64,000 bases of DNA from Octopus vulgaris (lineage: Eukaryota). Within the stretch, counting starts at the first letter, position 1. Each line of letters begins with the position of its first letter. The stretch spans positions 38,874,001 through 38,938,000 of the forward strand of contig OX597824.1 in assembly GCA_951406725.2 (NCBI GenBank). Reading direction: 5' to 3'. The position numbers and the translations under genes were made by a program. This document shows, in pieces, positions 13,172-27,697 of this stretch. Under the pieces are notes generated by a model. That model was not told the DNA's origin. It ran no database searches and saw only the letters and a program-made list of their open reading frames with translations.

Positions 13172-13413
13172 TTAGTTAGTTAGTTAGTTAGTTAGTTAAT
13201 TTGGCTCAAAAGCAAATAGCAAGGCCATGTAGGGGGACATGGAGTTAAGTTCATGTAAAGAGTTCAGGCCACTTGAGGTCAAGGGAGGCTTTGAACAAAG
13301 CGGTCGTCGGCATCTTCACCATCTCGTCTGGCAGCTTGTTCCACGGATCCGCAACCCGGACGGAGAAAGCTCCTCTCCTTCGATTGAGATGAAATCGTCG
13401 CAGGTAGAGCTTT
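13172..13413 (-). mobile_element. CR1-type LINE 3' fragment with tetranucleotide tail
   Basis: Minus frame KLYLRRFHLNRRRGAFSVRVADPWNKLPDEMV...FKASLD (typical CR1 ORF2 C-terminus), then a (CTAA)n tail. Confidence 0.8.
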
Positions 13414-13674
13414 TAACGCTGTTGTTGTTGTTGTTTAACACGCCGGACAAAAATGTTTTAGTAGCATTTTCCCCGACTTTACGTTCTGGGGTTCAAATTC
13501 CGCTGAGGTTGTTGACTTCCTCTTTCATCCTTTCGGGGTTCGATGAAATAAGTACCAGTAGAATACTGAGGTTGATGTAATCAATTGGCCGCTTCCCCCC
13601 CCCCCAACAATTAATTTCAGGACTTTTGCCTAGAGCAGAAAGGACTATCATTATTGTTGTTGCGGTTGCCGACA

Positions 13675-14110
13675 TCCTCCTCCACCTCCTCCTTCCTCCT
13701 CCTCATTCTCCCCCCTCCCTTCTCCTCCTCTTCATTCTCTTCCCTCCTCCTCCTCCTCCTCCTCCTCCTCCTCACTCACTCCTCCTCCTCCACCTCCTCC
13801 TCACTCCTCCTCCTCCTCCTCCTCCTCCTCACTCACTCCTCCCCTCATCCTCCTTCTCTTCATTCTCTTCCCTCCCCTCCTCCTCCTCACTCACTCCTCC
13901 CCTCCTCCCCCTCCTCCTCCATCACTCCTCCTCCTCCTCCTCCATCACTCCCCCTCCTCCTCCTCCTCACTCCCCCTCCTCCTCCCCTCCTCCTCCTTCC
14001 TCCTCCCTCACTCGCCCTCCTCCTAGTCGTCGTCGTCGTCGTCGTCGTCATCATCATCATCATCCTCATCATCATCATTTCTCCTCCTCCACCACCCTTT
14101 CCTCCTCATT
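13675..14110. repeat. Degenerate (CCT)n pyrimidine-rich tract
   Basis: Directly visible. Source of the poly-Pro/Ser ORFs. Confidence 0.9.
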
Positions 14111-14655
14111 CTTCTTAATCCCCGTCATCGTCGCTGTCCCGCCACCAAACGTAAGGTCTATAAGTAAATAAACCACGTACACTCAACAGCCCTACACCTC
14201 TACACCCTGCGCCTTAAATTCTACAGCTAGTTCACCTTATCATCCTACTCTCAGACAACTCCTTAAACACCCCTTAAACAATCTAACGATTTTTTTTACA
14301 CCCAGTTCAAGAGAAAATAAAATGTTTGAAACACCTTCCGTTTTCCCCGGAATAATGAAATGTAGGGTAGGGGATTATAAACCTTTATGATCCCTTTTCG
14401 ATTTACATCAAGGGGTTTGCTAGAGCTTTGCTAAAGGATTATCTGATCCTGACCAGCAATATTTTGTCTAATTGTCCATACCTTCCCTCCGGTGGCTTAT
14501 TGTACGAACAAGTAAACACAAACACACACACACGCGCGCACGCACGAGTATGAATTTCAGCATATGGTGATTTGAGGAGCTAATGTATGCAAACGCTTAT
14601 TAATGCTTGGTTTGGTATATGTTTACTTGTATATACGCATTTATATATATGCTTG

Positions 14656-14770
<115 letters not shown>

Positions 14771-14808
14771 CTTACACACACACACACACACATATATATA
14801 ATAATAAC

Positions 14809-14854
<46 letters not shown>

Positions 14855-15014
14855 TTAGGGAGTAGTAGTATTTTTACTTATATATTGATCATTCATTTTT
14901 ATACTTTTTGAGATCTAGTTATAAGTTATGTTTTATAAAAATATATATTTGTCATTTATGTATTGGTTTATGTCTATCACTGTTTGAATTGCATAATAGT
15001 GGTTTTATCTCTAA

Positions 15015-15065
<51 letters not shown>

Positions 15066-15072
15066 TTATATA

Positions 15073-15962
15073 CGAGGTCTGATCAATAAATATCCAGGTG
15101 GTTGCCGCAGTGACGATGCTAAACCACGCTGAGTGAAGCCGCTTGGCAAAGATTGACCTTGAACTTTGCTGTACATGGGTACTAAGTTTGGACTTCCTAG
15201 CTCACTTCCGCTGTTTACAGCTGTCCTTGGAAGGAAGGTGTGTAGCGTGTGATCGTCACATAAACCATAACAGAGAAAGCTGTCATGGCAGTACCTGCTC
15301 AGAAGCGTACACATAGTCGCAGAATGTGTATGGAGAGGAGTGTATGAGCTGCACATAAGTGTACGTGTGGATAAGACTTTTTGAAGATGGCTAAGAAAAT
15401 GACGATATTGACGAACGTTCTGGGAGTCCCGCAGCCAACAGAACTGAGAAAAACATCGCAAATGTGCGTGCAGCTCTGAGGGGAAATCGTCAAATCACCT
15501 TCCGTGAGTTATCAGAGGATGTGCAGATTAATTACGGTTCAGTTCAGTCCATTATCACTGAAAAAATTTGAGTATGAGACGCATGTCTACCAGGTCTGTG
15601 CTTTCAGCTGACCAAGAACACACTTGGATTTCAGTTATACAAAATCTCCTCGATTGTGTCGAGAACGATGAAAACTTTTTGAAAACTTTACGTAGGTCTC
15701 TGAGCAGGTCTCGGTAACTTTTTGGCAAAATTTGATACAGGTTCTCAGCTCAACTCTCTCTGTCAAGGTCAATGCGACGATCACACTCTACACACATTCT
15801 TTCCAAGCACCGCTGTAAACAGCGGAAATGAGCTAGTACGTTAGAACTTAATGCGCATACGCAGCAGAGTGCAAGGTCAATCTGTGCCAATCAGTTTCAC
15901 TCTAAGTGCTAAGTAGCTTCGCTACTATGGCAACAATCCGGATAGTTATTGATCAGATTACG
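15073..15962 (+). mobile_element. mariner-derived non-autonomous element with long (>190 bp) inverted ends
   Basis: TA-flanked ends CGAGGTCTGATCAATAAATATCC / GGATAGTTATTGATCAGATTACG. The interior encodes a mariner HTH fragment (DERSGSP...NRQITFRELSEDVQINYGSVQSII). The right arm carries an inverted N-terminus (TERVELRTCIKFCQK). Confidence 0.85.
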
Positions 15963-16127
15963 TACACACGCATACACACATTCATGCGTGCCAGTATATG
16001 TGTGTATGCCTATACGTATATATCTACAGAGAAAAGAAGACATAAACAGAAAGATATTAATAGATACCCACGTGCACACACAGAGACACACACTCGTCCA
16101 CATACACACACACACACACATATATGT

Positions 16128-16190
<63 letters not shown>

Positions 16191-16251
16191 TATAAACATA
16201 AATGTATACATATATACATGTATGTACATACGAATATATATATATGTATAA

Positions 16252-16323
<72 letters not shown>

Positions 16324-17002
16324 GTGTGTGCTTGTGTGTGTTTGCATGTGTGTGTGTGCGTGTGTATGTATGTAGAAGGCTAGATGGCTTGATAAAGATG
16401 AAAGGGACAATAGCCTGTTAACAGAGAATGATTACTGTCAATGACCCTGTAGAGACTGTGGGATTAAGTATTTCACAGCTAAACCTTGAATGTATGCACA
16501 AGCACGCGTCTTTTGCGGGTTCCGTCTCCCTAAAAGGTAACCCTTTGTTTACGGGGCAATGATCTGTTTGTAGGGGTAAGGTTTTAGTGATTTACAGGCT
16601 ATAATTAATTTTAGATGTTGGATGCTTGTCTTGGGTATTATGTTTCAGATTTACATGTGGGTGAGTATCTCTGGTTGTATCGTGAGTGCTGTGTGGGGTT
16701 TTCTGTTTATAATGTGTGTACGTTTGTCTATGTATGTATGTAGGTACGTACGAAAGTACGCAAGTACTTATGTATGTATGTATGTATGTATGTATGTATG
16801 TATGTATGTATGTATGTATGTATGTATGTATGTATGTGTGTGTGTGTTCGGATGCATGAATGTTGTGTGTGTGAAGGAAAGTAAACAAGAAACATGTATG
16901 TGATTAATGTGTGCGGATGTGTATATATGTGTGTGCGTGTGTGTGATTGTGTGCGTGTATATGCGTGTATATATGGATACAGACACATGCACAAATACGC
17001 AA

Positions 17003-17041
<39 letters not shown>

Positions 17042-17167
17042 TGTATGTATGTAGTATGTATATGACTATGAGTGTATGTGTGTGTATATACACATATATC
17101 TATATACATATAGAGAGAATGAAGATAAAAGAGAAGCATAATTGGTGCGTGCGTGTATCTGTGTGGT

Positions 17168-17440
17168 GTGGCTGTGTGATAAGCTTGCTTCTCAATTACA
17201 TGGTTCTGAGTTCAGTCCCACTGCATGGCATCTTGGGGGCAAGTATCTTCAACTATAACCTCTGGCCGACCAAAACCTTACGAACGGATTTGGCAGATGG
17301 AAACTGGAAGAAGCCCGTCGAATATATATGTGTGTGTGTGTGTGTGTGTGAAGCCAATCCTTTTGGCTAAAATTCTCCAAGATGGTGCCCCAGCATGCCT
17401 CAATCTAATGAGTAATACAAGTAAAAGTCAGATAGATGGA
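17168..17440 (+). mobile_element. SINE family C (diverged copy)
   Basis: GTGGCTGTGTG..GTTCAGTCCCACTGC..GGCAAGT..GGAAACTG.AAGAAGCCCGTCG, as at 41613. Confidence 0.7.
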
Positions 17441-18285
17441 TAAATTGATAGATATACCTCTATGTAGGCACACACACATATACATATGTGTTTACTCATA
17501 CATTTATACAGCTTTATATATGTATGTATTGTTTATGTGCTTATGTACGTTTCTGCTCATGTGTCTATGAGTGCCCACTCAGGTTTGTACACTGTATTAT
17601 AGTGGAGCTAATTTTAAGAAACTAGTTATTCTATGTGTTGTTCTTGTTTGTTCCTTTTCGAGCCGTGCTTAGCTCATAAAAGCCGGTTTCCCGGTTTCAT
17701 TAGCGTATAGGTTCCCCACCTGAACGGGACACCTGTCCGTCGCAGGTGAGATGCTAGATGCAAGAGGAAAGAGTGAGAGAAAGTTGTGGCGAAAGAGTCA
17801 GCAGAAGTTTGTCATTACCTTCCTTTTAGCGTGACCTTATGAACGAAACCTCTAACTGTATGGAGGCTAGAGGTTTCGCTCATAAACACACACATCCTCC
17901 GGTCTGAGTTTCGAACCCGTGATCACTCAACCACGATCCCGCTGCTCTAACCTTTGGACCATGTGCCTCCACTGTTATTCTATGTAGATGTATAAAATAG
18001 TAATTGTGTAAGTGTGTGCGTACGCGCATGCATGTGAGTGTGAAGGTGCGCAGATTAGTCGCAAGAATGTTTGGATCAGCATCGTAAGACCGTGGATTCT
18101 TTTCCGTGTGGCACGTTGTAAGGGACTTCATTTTATATTGCTCAAATTTTCCCAGCCGTAAATGAGTACCAGCCAAGTGCTAATGCTACTTTCTCTCTGC
18201 TTCTAGCCGTCACATCTTTGGCCTGTCTTTTGATTAAGGGTGAACGGGGCCGAGGTGCCATTGTTAGCTCGCAACGACATTAGTA

Positions 18286-18807
18286 CTGTAAATTCTCGAG
18301 TATAATCCGCATTTTCCCCCCAAAATTTAAAGGTCAAAATCCCTAGTGCGTACTATATACGAGGTTAAAAATGAAAAACATTTTCTAAGCAATGTCCGAG
18401 TCTCTATTTGCTATCCGACAATGTTTTTTCAGACGCATTTTGTGATGTCGGGCGCGAAAATACCTTAAGCTAAGCCTGAAAGCAATGAAGTCATAAAAGA
18501 ATCATCCATAACTTGCAGTAAACAACATTTATTAAAATAAAAGTATTCAGAACACAGAATAACATATAACAAAAACAATTTGCAAATATATTTATATTCT
18601 CATATAACAGTTAAGAACACCACCATTATTGTATTACGCATGCGCGGAAGTGTTTGTTCGACTAGGTGCTGCTGGCTTAATTATGTACGACTCAAGTTAG
18701 AGAAGGAGTGCGTATTATACACAAGGTTTAGGTTTTTCAGAGATACAGCCCCCTAAAATTTCCCTGCGTATTATACTCAAGGGCGGACTATACTCGAAGA
18801 TTTACGG
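18286..18807. mobile_element. pogo/Tigger-like MITE
   Basis: 25-bp TIRs CTGTAAATTCTCGAGTATAATCCGC / GCGGACTATACTCGAAGATTTACGG, TA on both sides, internal repeats TGCGTA(C/T)TATA. Ends about 190 bp before the last Wnt2 exon. Confidence 0.85.
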
Positions 18808-18999
18808 TATCTGAAACAATTAGCGGAATCATGTAGTTGTTTAAATCGTTGTCTCGCAATCATGATATTTTTGTTTTTGCTTCATTGTTTGTTGTTGTTG
18901 CTGTTATTTTTAATTGCTCTTTCAAATCAAAAAATAAAAACCGAAAAAGCCACTATTTCTCATAATATATCCATTTTTGTTTTTTGACTCTTCTTTCAG

Positions 19000-19220
19000 G
19001 TTCTCTCGGGACAGCAGGTCGCCAGTGCAACAAAACGTCAATGGGCCCCGATGGATGCGACATAATGTGCTGCGGGCGAGGATATGATACAGAAACAGTG
19101 AAAATGATAAAGAAGTGCCAGTGCAAATTTCTCTGGTGTTGCCAAGTGAAATGCAAAGAATGCACAGAATATGTGGACTTGCATACATGCAAAGGGCCAA
19201 GCCTAACAGAGAGAAAATGA
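19000..19220 (+). CDS. wnt2: Wnt2 terminal coding exon ((G)[13 protein letters not shown]...CCGRGYDT...[11 protein letters not shown]...[12 protein letters not shown])
   Basis: Acceptor ttctttcag ends at 18999, phase 1. Wnt C-terminal cysteine pattern, TGA at 19218-19220. The short tail after the last Cys is also seen in Wnt2. Confidence 0.95.
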
Positions 19221-19690
19221 TTAGGGTTTACCTTTAGTTGTTTTTGTATATAATAATGATAATAATAATAATGATTATTATTATTATTATAATTTCTTTG
19301 AGACAAGACAGGACTACATACGAATACTGCCGCGGCACATGCGTTCCACAATCACGATTTTGCATTGCGACAGATCAAACGTTATCACTGAGATATCATA
19401 CAGAAGCAGACATACACAAGACTACATCCACAGTTATAAATATATGAATTCACACGAATTTTCACACATGCATTACAAACGTTTAGAAATATGTATATCT
19501 ATACACTGTTACACACATGTACACATATGAACTGAATTTATCCATACATTCATACGGTCATTTACAGTTACAAATAGACATATAAACCCCACAAGCATAT
19601 ATTTGTCAATTACAATTATTTCCATCTCCCTCTCTATATATACAGACATAAATACTTACGTACATATATATGTATGTGTGTCTGTGTATG

Positions 19691-19721
<31 letters not shown>

Positions 19722-19735
19722 ATAAACATATATAA

Positions 19736-19871
<136 letters not shown>

Positions 19872-20100
19872 AGTGATAGATGTTATGCGATTATGTGTAT
19901 GAACGAAACAAAGAAGACCACTCAATACATGGTGTAGAGTTTATATTTATAACTATACAGTTGACAATTAACTGCACATTATTTAAAGTTTCGCACAAAA
20001 GAAGATCATACGTGTGTGAAATGAAACTTGAAGTAAAGCATTAGTGAATCATCCTCCCTCTCTCTCTATCTTTCGCTCTCTCTCTTTTCTATCTTTCCAA

Positions 20101-20155
<55 letters not shown>

Positions 20156-20981
20156 TACATTAATATTTATAAACGTCGGAGGCACGCTCCCATTTTTCGA
20201 ATTGTATTGTTAATAAATGTATAAACATGCGTTACATAAGTACGCAAGTGTATGTGTATCCTTATACATACATCTATATATGCATATATATATACATGTA
20301 TGTATGTATGTATTATGTATGTATGTATGTATGTATGTATGTATGTATGTATGTATGTATGCTTGTATACGCACGTCTGTGTATCGTTTAAAGCTTTTTG
20401 TGAACGGATTGCTGTTGGAAGAAGAGCGTCCGGAGTTACGGACGGAAAATTTCTATTCATCTATAGTCAGTTAGTCTATGAGCATTTGGCCATAATAGCG
20501 AGTCACAGGAAATGACACCGAGTCTATTTTTTGTGCATCCGAAGAAGAAGGCGAATATGAGCAAACGAACGAATGGTTTATACCTGGTAGCTTACTGGTA
20601 AAACACAGTCACTTTCACAGTGTTCTTTATATATCTGGTTAATGAGAGACGGAAGATGGAAGATATTAATCACTACAATTGTTTTGACACATCTAACATC
20701 GATCCCTCACAGGTTTGGATTCTTATCAACTGGTTCAGGAGCATCCGGTGGTGCAGATGTGTGTCTTCGGGTGATAAATTGATACAACTCGTTAAAATAA
20801 CAGTTCCGCAACGTATCATGTCAGTTCTTGTGAAGAAAAGCAACAAATTAAAGAATACTAGAAGTGTCGAACTAATAGTAGTGATAAATAAAAACTCTCG
20901 TTCCTTCCATCTTCCATCTCTCATTAACTATATATACAAATATATAAGTATGTGTGTGTGTATCTCTCTCTCTCTCTCTCG

Positions 20982-21042
<61 letters not shown>

Positions 21043-22984
21043 CATACATATATAAGGATAAGATCGTTAATTCAAATTAAATAACAATCTTATCAAGAGG
21101 CCAGCATGGAAATAAAAACCTTCAAATGTAATAATTATTAAAATTATAACTTATATATATATATACACGCACGCACACACACTCACATACACACGCATAA
21201 ACACATATATATAAATATTCTCACAGAGAAAGAGAGACAGAGACGGGGACAGACAGATAGAGAATGAGAAATGTATGATGAAGTTAAAGAAATGATGTTT
21301 TTGTTGCTCAGCTCAATGACTGTAAAAAGAAATTTGTCACCAACATATTTGCATTCACAACCATGTCATTACACACATAAACCCATATATAGATAATAAG
21401 GGCACAGAAAAACATGGTCGCACATACGTATAGACAATGCAGACTGTGATATCAGCTTGTATTTTCTCACTTCCTCGCTGAAATTACGATATAAATGAAG
21501 CTGAAATTTATAAATGGTAGAAAGAAAATGAAAAAAAAAGGGTTAATAGTATTTATTCAAATGCATTTGAATGTTATACATGCCTAGAAGGATGCAGATG
21601 TTGTGTGATTAGGAAGGGAAGGAGAGCCGTTCTTTGAAACGAGAGTAGATGATATTCGTAGAGTGCGTCTACTTTGTGTTTCCTTGAGTGTGATGCTCTG
21701 TGGTGTTGTTTGTTCCTTCTGAAGCTATGCCTGGCTCATAAGGGCCGGTTTCCCGCTTTGACACCTGTCCGTCGCAGGTGAGCTACAAGATGCAGGAGGA
21801 AAGAGTGAGAGAAACTTGTGGCGAAAGAGTCAGCAGAAGTTTGCCATTACCTTCTGTCGGAGCTGCGTGGTGCTTAGGTGTTTCACTCATAAACACACAC
21901 ATCGCCCTGTCTGAGATTCGAACCCGCGATCCCTCGACCGCGAGTCCGCTACTCTAACCACTAGGCCATGCTCTGTGGTGGTTAAAGTATGTGGCAGATG
22001 TGTTAAAATGGTGAACCACATTAGAGAACTTTCATTGTTTTCTTACCCTCCACAGACTAGATTCCTTTCTCATTCACCCTCCATCTAGTTACTCTCCCAT
22101 TGAAACGTTCTCTTCTCTGCAACGTCCAGTTTTTGCTTTCTGGCCGCTAATCGTTCCGATTCTTTCTGCACGATTTTACGGCTCCTTCAAAAATAATATG
22201 ATCTTCTGCAACCAGAAGATGTCGTCTGCATGATTGATCCTGGAAGCATTTTTATAGCATTTTCAACCGATGACGTCTCATTTCAACACATCTGGCCTCC
22301 CCATTGACCTCCTCTCAGTGTCCGACTTGACTACTACCATGAGTTGTCACACACCAGGAAATAAAACGAACAACGCATCACAATTGATCAACGTTCAAAT
22401 TCGTCGAAGTCGACTATGCCTTTCATCCTTTCGAGGTCGAAAAGAAAAGTATCTAGCAAGTACTGGGTTCGATGAAATCAACTTCCTCATCCCCCTCACA
22501 AAAAACACAACAAAAATACAAAACAAAAACAAACTGCTCGTCCTGTGCCAAATTTGAAGCCAATATTTAATTTCTACCATCTTTAGCTTATCAAATGTTA
22601 TTGCGCATGCGCGCAAGTTAGAACATTTATGCTGGTATCACAGTTTCATCACATATGTATATGTCCGTGTATATTCCAGCTATCTGAATACGTGTTCATG
22701 TGTGCAGTGAGATGTATGTGAATGTTACTGCTGACAAACATACTTTTGTGGTCACAGACCCACCCCATTTCTTTAATTGATTAATACTAACCACTCATTC
22801 TCGTTCTAAAATTCTCTCTTTTAGTTTTTATTGTCTTTCCCAAATTCCTTTCTTTTTTTCACAATATTTTCCTACCTTCAAATACATTTTTTTCCTACAG
22901 AAAGAACCACCAATACCCGGCATTTCTTGCCATCCTCCACTATGTCCACACTCTCATGGACTAAGAATTAAGAAAAAACAACTC

Positions 22985-23022
22985 TATTTCCTGAAAAAGT
23001 ACTTTGTCCGAAACGTCAAAAA
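22985..23022 (+). ncRNA. Decayed Penelope-type minimal hammerhead motif
   Basis: CTGAAAA-A-GTACTTTGTCC-GAAACGTC, with G8 and stem II mutated relative to CTGAAGAAGGAC..GTCCGAAACGTC. Confidence 0.35.
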
Positions 23023-23695
23023 TTTTTCTAACGACATACAATCTTAAAAACGCTAAAATGTCAATAAACACAATATTTATGCGGACAACCTCTAGTGTCC
23101 CTAGACTTATGTATGCAATTTGAACCACTGCAGATGCATGTAAACACCCATTAAAATTCATATAGGGGCATAACATACATCAATAATACACATGATCAAA
23201 TTCGTGTTCACAGACACACGCGCATACATGTATATACTATATAATTATAAGATACTTATCTATTAGGTAACTATATGTATACGTTTATTTATGCTTGTAA
23301 ATATGTTTCCTTGTATATGCCTGAGTGTTTCTTTCTCTCTCTCTTTCTTTCTCTCTACCCCCCCTCTCTCTCTCTCTCTTTGTGTGAGTATGTGCATATA
23401 TGTGTGGAAAATCAGAATGAACGTAATCCTCAAAGAAATCGACAGCATTGGCTAGTATAGAAAGGCTCTCAACACTAGTTTGCTTGTTTAAATTACAGAT
23501 TTAAAACATCAGTTGATAAATTTTTTAATTGTATCAAAGCCAACAATTTCTGCAACAGTAATAAAATCTGGCATTGACCTACTAGCATATATACGATCCT
23601 CTATAAAAAAGATAACAATAGGCCCCGTACCAAAACTATGATTCTCTCTCTCTCTCTCTCTCTCTCTCACAGACACATACATATATCTATCTATC

Positions 23696-23749
<54 letters not shown>

Positions 23750-23808
23750 CATACATATATACACATATATATGTATATAAATGTATGTATGTATATATAA
23801 TACATACA

Positions 23809-23865
<57 letters not shown>

Positions 23866-23922
23866 ATATAGATATATAGATATATATATATATATATAGA
23901 TCTATATATATCTATCTATCTA

Positions 23923-23958
<36 letters not shown>

Positions 23959-23963
<5 letters not shown>

Positions 23964-24218
23964 GTTATCGCCATACTAATATGGCATTCTTATAAAAATA
24001 AGAAAAAAAGCTGTCCGCTTATTAGCTCCATGAGGCCATCGCCTTAAGTTAGCTATTTGATACACAAACTGTATCCATATAACCTTCGAACAAGGTTATA
24101 TGGATACAGTTTGTGTATCAAATAGCTAACTTAAGGCGATGGCCTCATGGAGCTAATAAGCGGACAGCTTTTTTCTTATTTTTATAAGAATGCCATATTA
24201 GTATGGCGATAACTATTA
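23959..24218. repeat. Near-perfect 260-bp palindrome between (TA)n tracts
   Basis: Arms 23959-24086 and 24092-24218, loop CGAAC. The only difference seen is A7 versus T6. Confidence 0.95.
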
Positions 24219-27200
24219 TTTTCCGGGAACGCTGCCGCTGTTCTCTTTTAGAGAGACTTAGTTATTTTAATATTTCTATTATATATATATATAGATATAT
24301 ATATATAGATAGATAGATAGATACGTACGTACATACATACATACATATAGAGATAGTTCATAAAATAAAACAATTAATTCGATATTCGATTGAAATATTG
24401 ATTCCTTTCACTTACATCCTTTCTCTTGGCTTCAGATTGAAATATTGCCCTTTGTTCCTAGTCACTCGACTGGACACATCCAATGTAGCTCTGTAGCCTT
24501 TTTAAGTTCATTAGGAAATGTAGACGCATCCTGAAATTTCTCATCGCGCATACTTGTTACTGCTACACTAACCCTACTCACACACTGTGATACAAAAGTA
24601 ACAAAATGCTACCAAGAACCAATGTCATGGCTTATACTCATAATATCCATCTTTAGATTTCCTTCGTTGAAATATTGGGATACGAATGTAGGGTGGGTGT
24701 GTACTTCAAAATCTCCACTTACACCCTCGCTGTGTTTTCGGTTTTAAACACTAGGTGGACAGCTTTTAGGTCGTGCAATGCTGGATACCAAATGGAATAG
24801 GGCTCTTCCAGCTGCTATTCTGAGATAACCGAAACCCCCCGCAATTTCTCATTATGCACAATATTGTTGTAAAAATATTTACTTGTTCATTTTCTTATTT
24901 GTTTCTTCTGTATGTGATAGTTTTGATTTTGAATTGGTCTTTTTTTTTTTTAGAGAGAGAGAGCGAGAGAGAGGTCGCTGTTATATTTCGTAGACATTTT
25001 GAATGTATATGTAAACAAATAAACAGAAATATAATTTGTAAAAAAAAAGTTGTCTGAACACTATTTGTGTGAGAATATATTAAAAATATAATGTCCCAAA
25101 TCATTGCACATATTAAAATTCAATGTTTTAACACGCGGTTTGAAAACACTTCTGATCAGGTCAGTAGCGCATAATTGCATTCTGTGTTCAAATTCCACCA
25201 AGGTCAACCTTATTTTTCGAAGGCCGATGAAATAAGTATCAGATGAACACTGGGGCTGATATAATCGACTAGTACCCTCTCCACAAATATCAGGTCTTGT
25301 GCATAAGGCAGAAAGAATTATTTGGCTACAGTGGTTCAAGAAATTGGAGACAGTACAAGAAACAAGAAACGGAGGAGTGAGGATTTGCATTAAGTAAAGA
25401 AAATACAGGTAACAATAAAATTAGCAACAATGATATATTCCTCAATGAAGTGGGTATCCACATGAAGCCAATAAAAAAAAAACCCCATGCATCTGGGATA
25501 ATCTTGATTATCAAGTATAAGTATCCTCTTCGAACTGTGATCTCCGGTTTACAGATGCATGCTAAGAGTAGACCTATTCACTTGGGTCATGCTCACCACT
25601 CTCACAGTTTGCAACGAATTTACTCGAGGCAGTACTTAACTCTCTAGCTGCATCCTCTGCTGAAAGTGAAAGTTGAAAAAGCCGATGAGGGATTTGCCGA
25701 TGAGGAAAGTGTATGTCTTCAAGCCTTTTACTCGGATACAACTCGCAACACATTCACTCACAGTCACCAGACAGAGGACGGCTACTTATCGTCCTCGACA
25801 AACAGAAAGACGACGAGCCGATATTCGCGATAAAGCGATCCATCCTACATGTGACAAAAACTATTCGACAACTTTTCATGAGTCTATAATTATCAAAAAT
25901 TGAACGAGTGTGTGTAGAACACTCCCGTAATTCTGTGTGCATTTAGAAATGATCCTGTAGACAACACATACAACTTACCTCAAACTAGCTTTACTCTTCA
26001 CTATTACTGCTTGACCAAAGTATTCTGGAAATTATCCATCCATTCCCGAAAAGACATCCGAAACACATCAACTAATTGATTATCGTCGACACGGGGATTT
26101 TCTTCGCTTCTTACCCAGAATTATCATCTATTGAGTAAAATGCACTACAAGTATGAAATCAAGTAGCATGCACCAATCCCGATCGGTTAAAAACCGAATT
26201 GTTGCTTTTTATCCCACGTCTTGCGTCCATCACCTGCGACTATAGAATAGCTTTTGCTCCTTCATAGCCGTCTGACACCGCAATGTTCGTCTTTATCGTG
26301 GAAGAAATGGTCAAAGGTCATTCTCACTGATAGCATGTCGGTCATGATGCCGTTTTAAAATCACTTCTCATTTACTTACTAGCGCTCTCACTAATCATTT
26401 ATATATATATATATATAGTTATTTTGTTAAGTTGTATTGTTTCTACGTTAGTCATTCTGTTCAGAGTAGTCCACCACTAGTTGTTGATCACCTTTGACAA
26501 CTGTCGCTTATCTGATTCGCTAGGTCGTTTTAGTCTGTGTGCAGGAAATGACGTGTTCCAATAACTTGGTCTCTGTCATTGCGTTGTATATCTATCGATT
26601 GTGTAGATTACAAATGTGTATTGTGTGTAACCTACCGGTTGAAAATTTGAACAGCTAAAGTTACTTCTATCTGCTCATGTAACAAATATTCCAACTATAT
26701 ACGGTCTCATTGATCTGATACGGTTCAATCGTGCTCAAACTGATGCATTCGGAAAAACAAGTCGGTACCGGTCAAACATTTGGATCTTTCTGAGCTGGTT
26801 TGCCAGGCTTTTACATCCCTCTTTGTTATCGATTAGCCCTACACAATCCCAGTGTGATTGTTAAATTCTAATTCCAGTCTCCCCCACAAGAACTAAAGAG
26901 CGATACGTTTGTATGGATGCTTGTCGGCATCCGAAGAAATCCGATCGCTCTGCCCCGGTTGGGGTATAAACAGCCATTAGTCTGAATACAACGCCGTCAC
27001 TACTGTACATGTCACTCACTGCAGATTTATCGACCGAGTTTAGGGAGATGATCCGGTCCTCGAGAACAAAAGATTATCGAGACAACACTGCCACTCTGTG
27101 ACCCGAAAGTGGCCGACCACAACATGTGTGTTCTTTGAAGATGGATGCAAGTGTCTCTGTTTCGGAACCACTGGTTACACTGGTGTCAACCTATCTAGTG

Positions 27201-27697
27201 ACATGTGATCAGTGAGCCAGCAGAGAGGATTCCTTGAACTGTGGCTTCGAATGTTTCTGTACCATCTATTTCGGAACTTTTCGACGTCATACAGAAAATT
27301 TTTAGCATCCTGGTAACGGTAGTGGTGGTGTTGGTAGCAGTAGAGTTTAAGGTATTGTTGCTTCGTACAGTGACATCGACCAATGCATTCTTGAGATGGT
27401 GGAATTATTGTTATTGTTGTTCCTCTTTGCATTCTCTGTGTTGTTATTGCAGTCGCCATTGTTGCTGGTTGTGTTACTACTGATGCCGCTCTCAATATTT
27501 TTGCTTTTCTTTTTTTTTGTTTGTTCTTTTAGTAATGTTTTCTTTACTGCCAGTGTTGCTATAGATCAGTGGTTCTCAAACGGGGTCCACATAAGATTTT
27601 GTTGTTAAAATCTATGTGCAATAAATTGGTTATACTCCAACTATTGCCACAAAATATTTCGGCAATTTTTTAAATACAATTTCCAGTAATCTCTAAG

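Noticed and set aside
24140-24172. CTCATGGAGCTAATAAGCGGACAGC resembling a hammerhead core inside the palindrome arm
   Set aside because: Several core mismatches and no stem I/III closure; resemblance only.
26000-27170. Possible highly decayed Gypsy gag/pol (a RFIDRV-like fragment near 27020)
   Set aside because: Too degenerate to support without a translated search.
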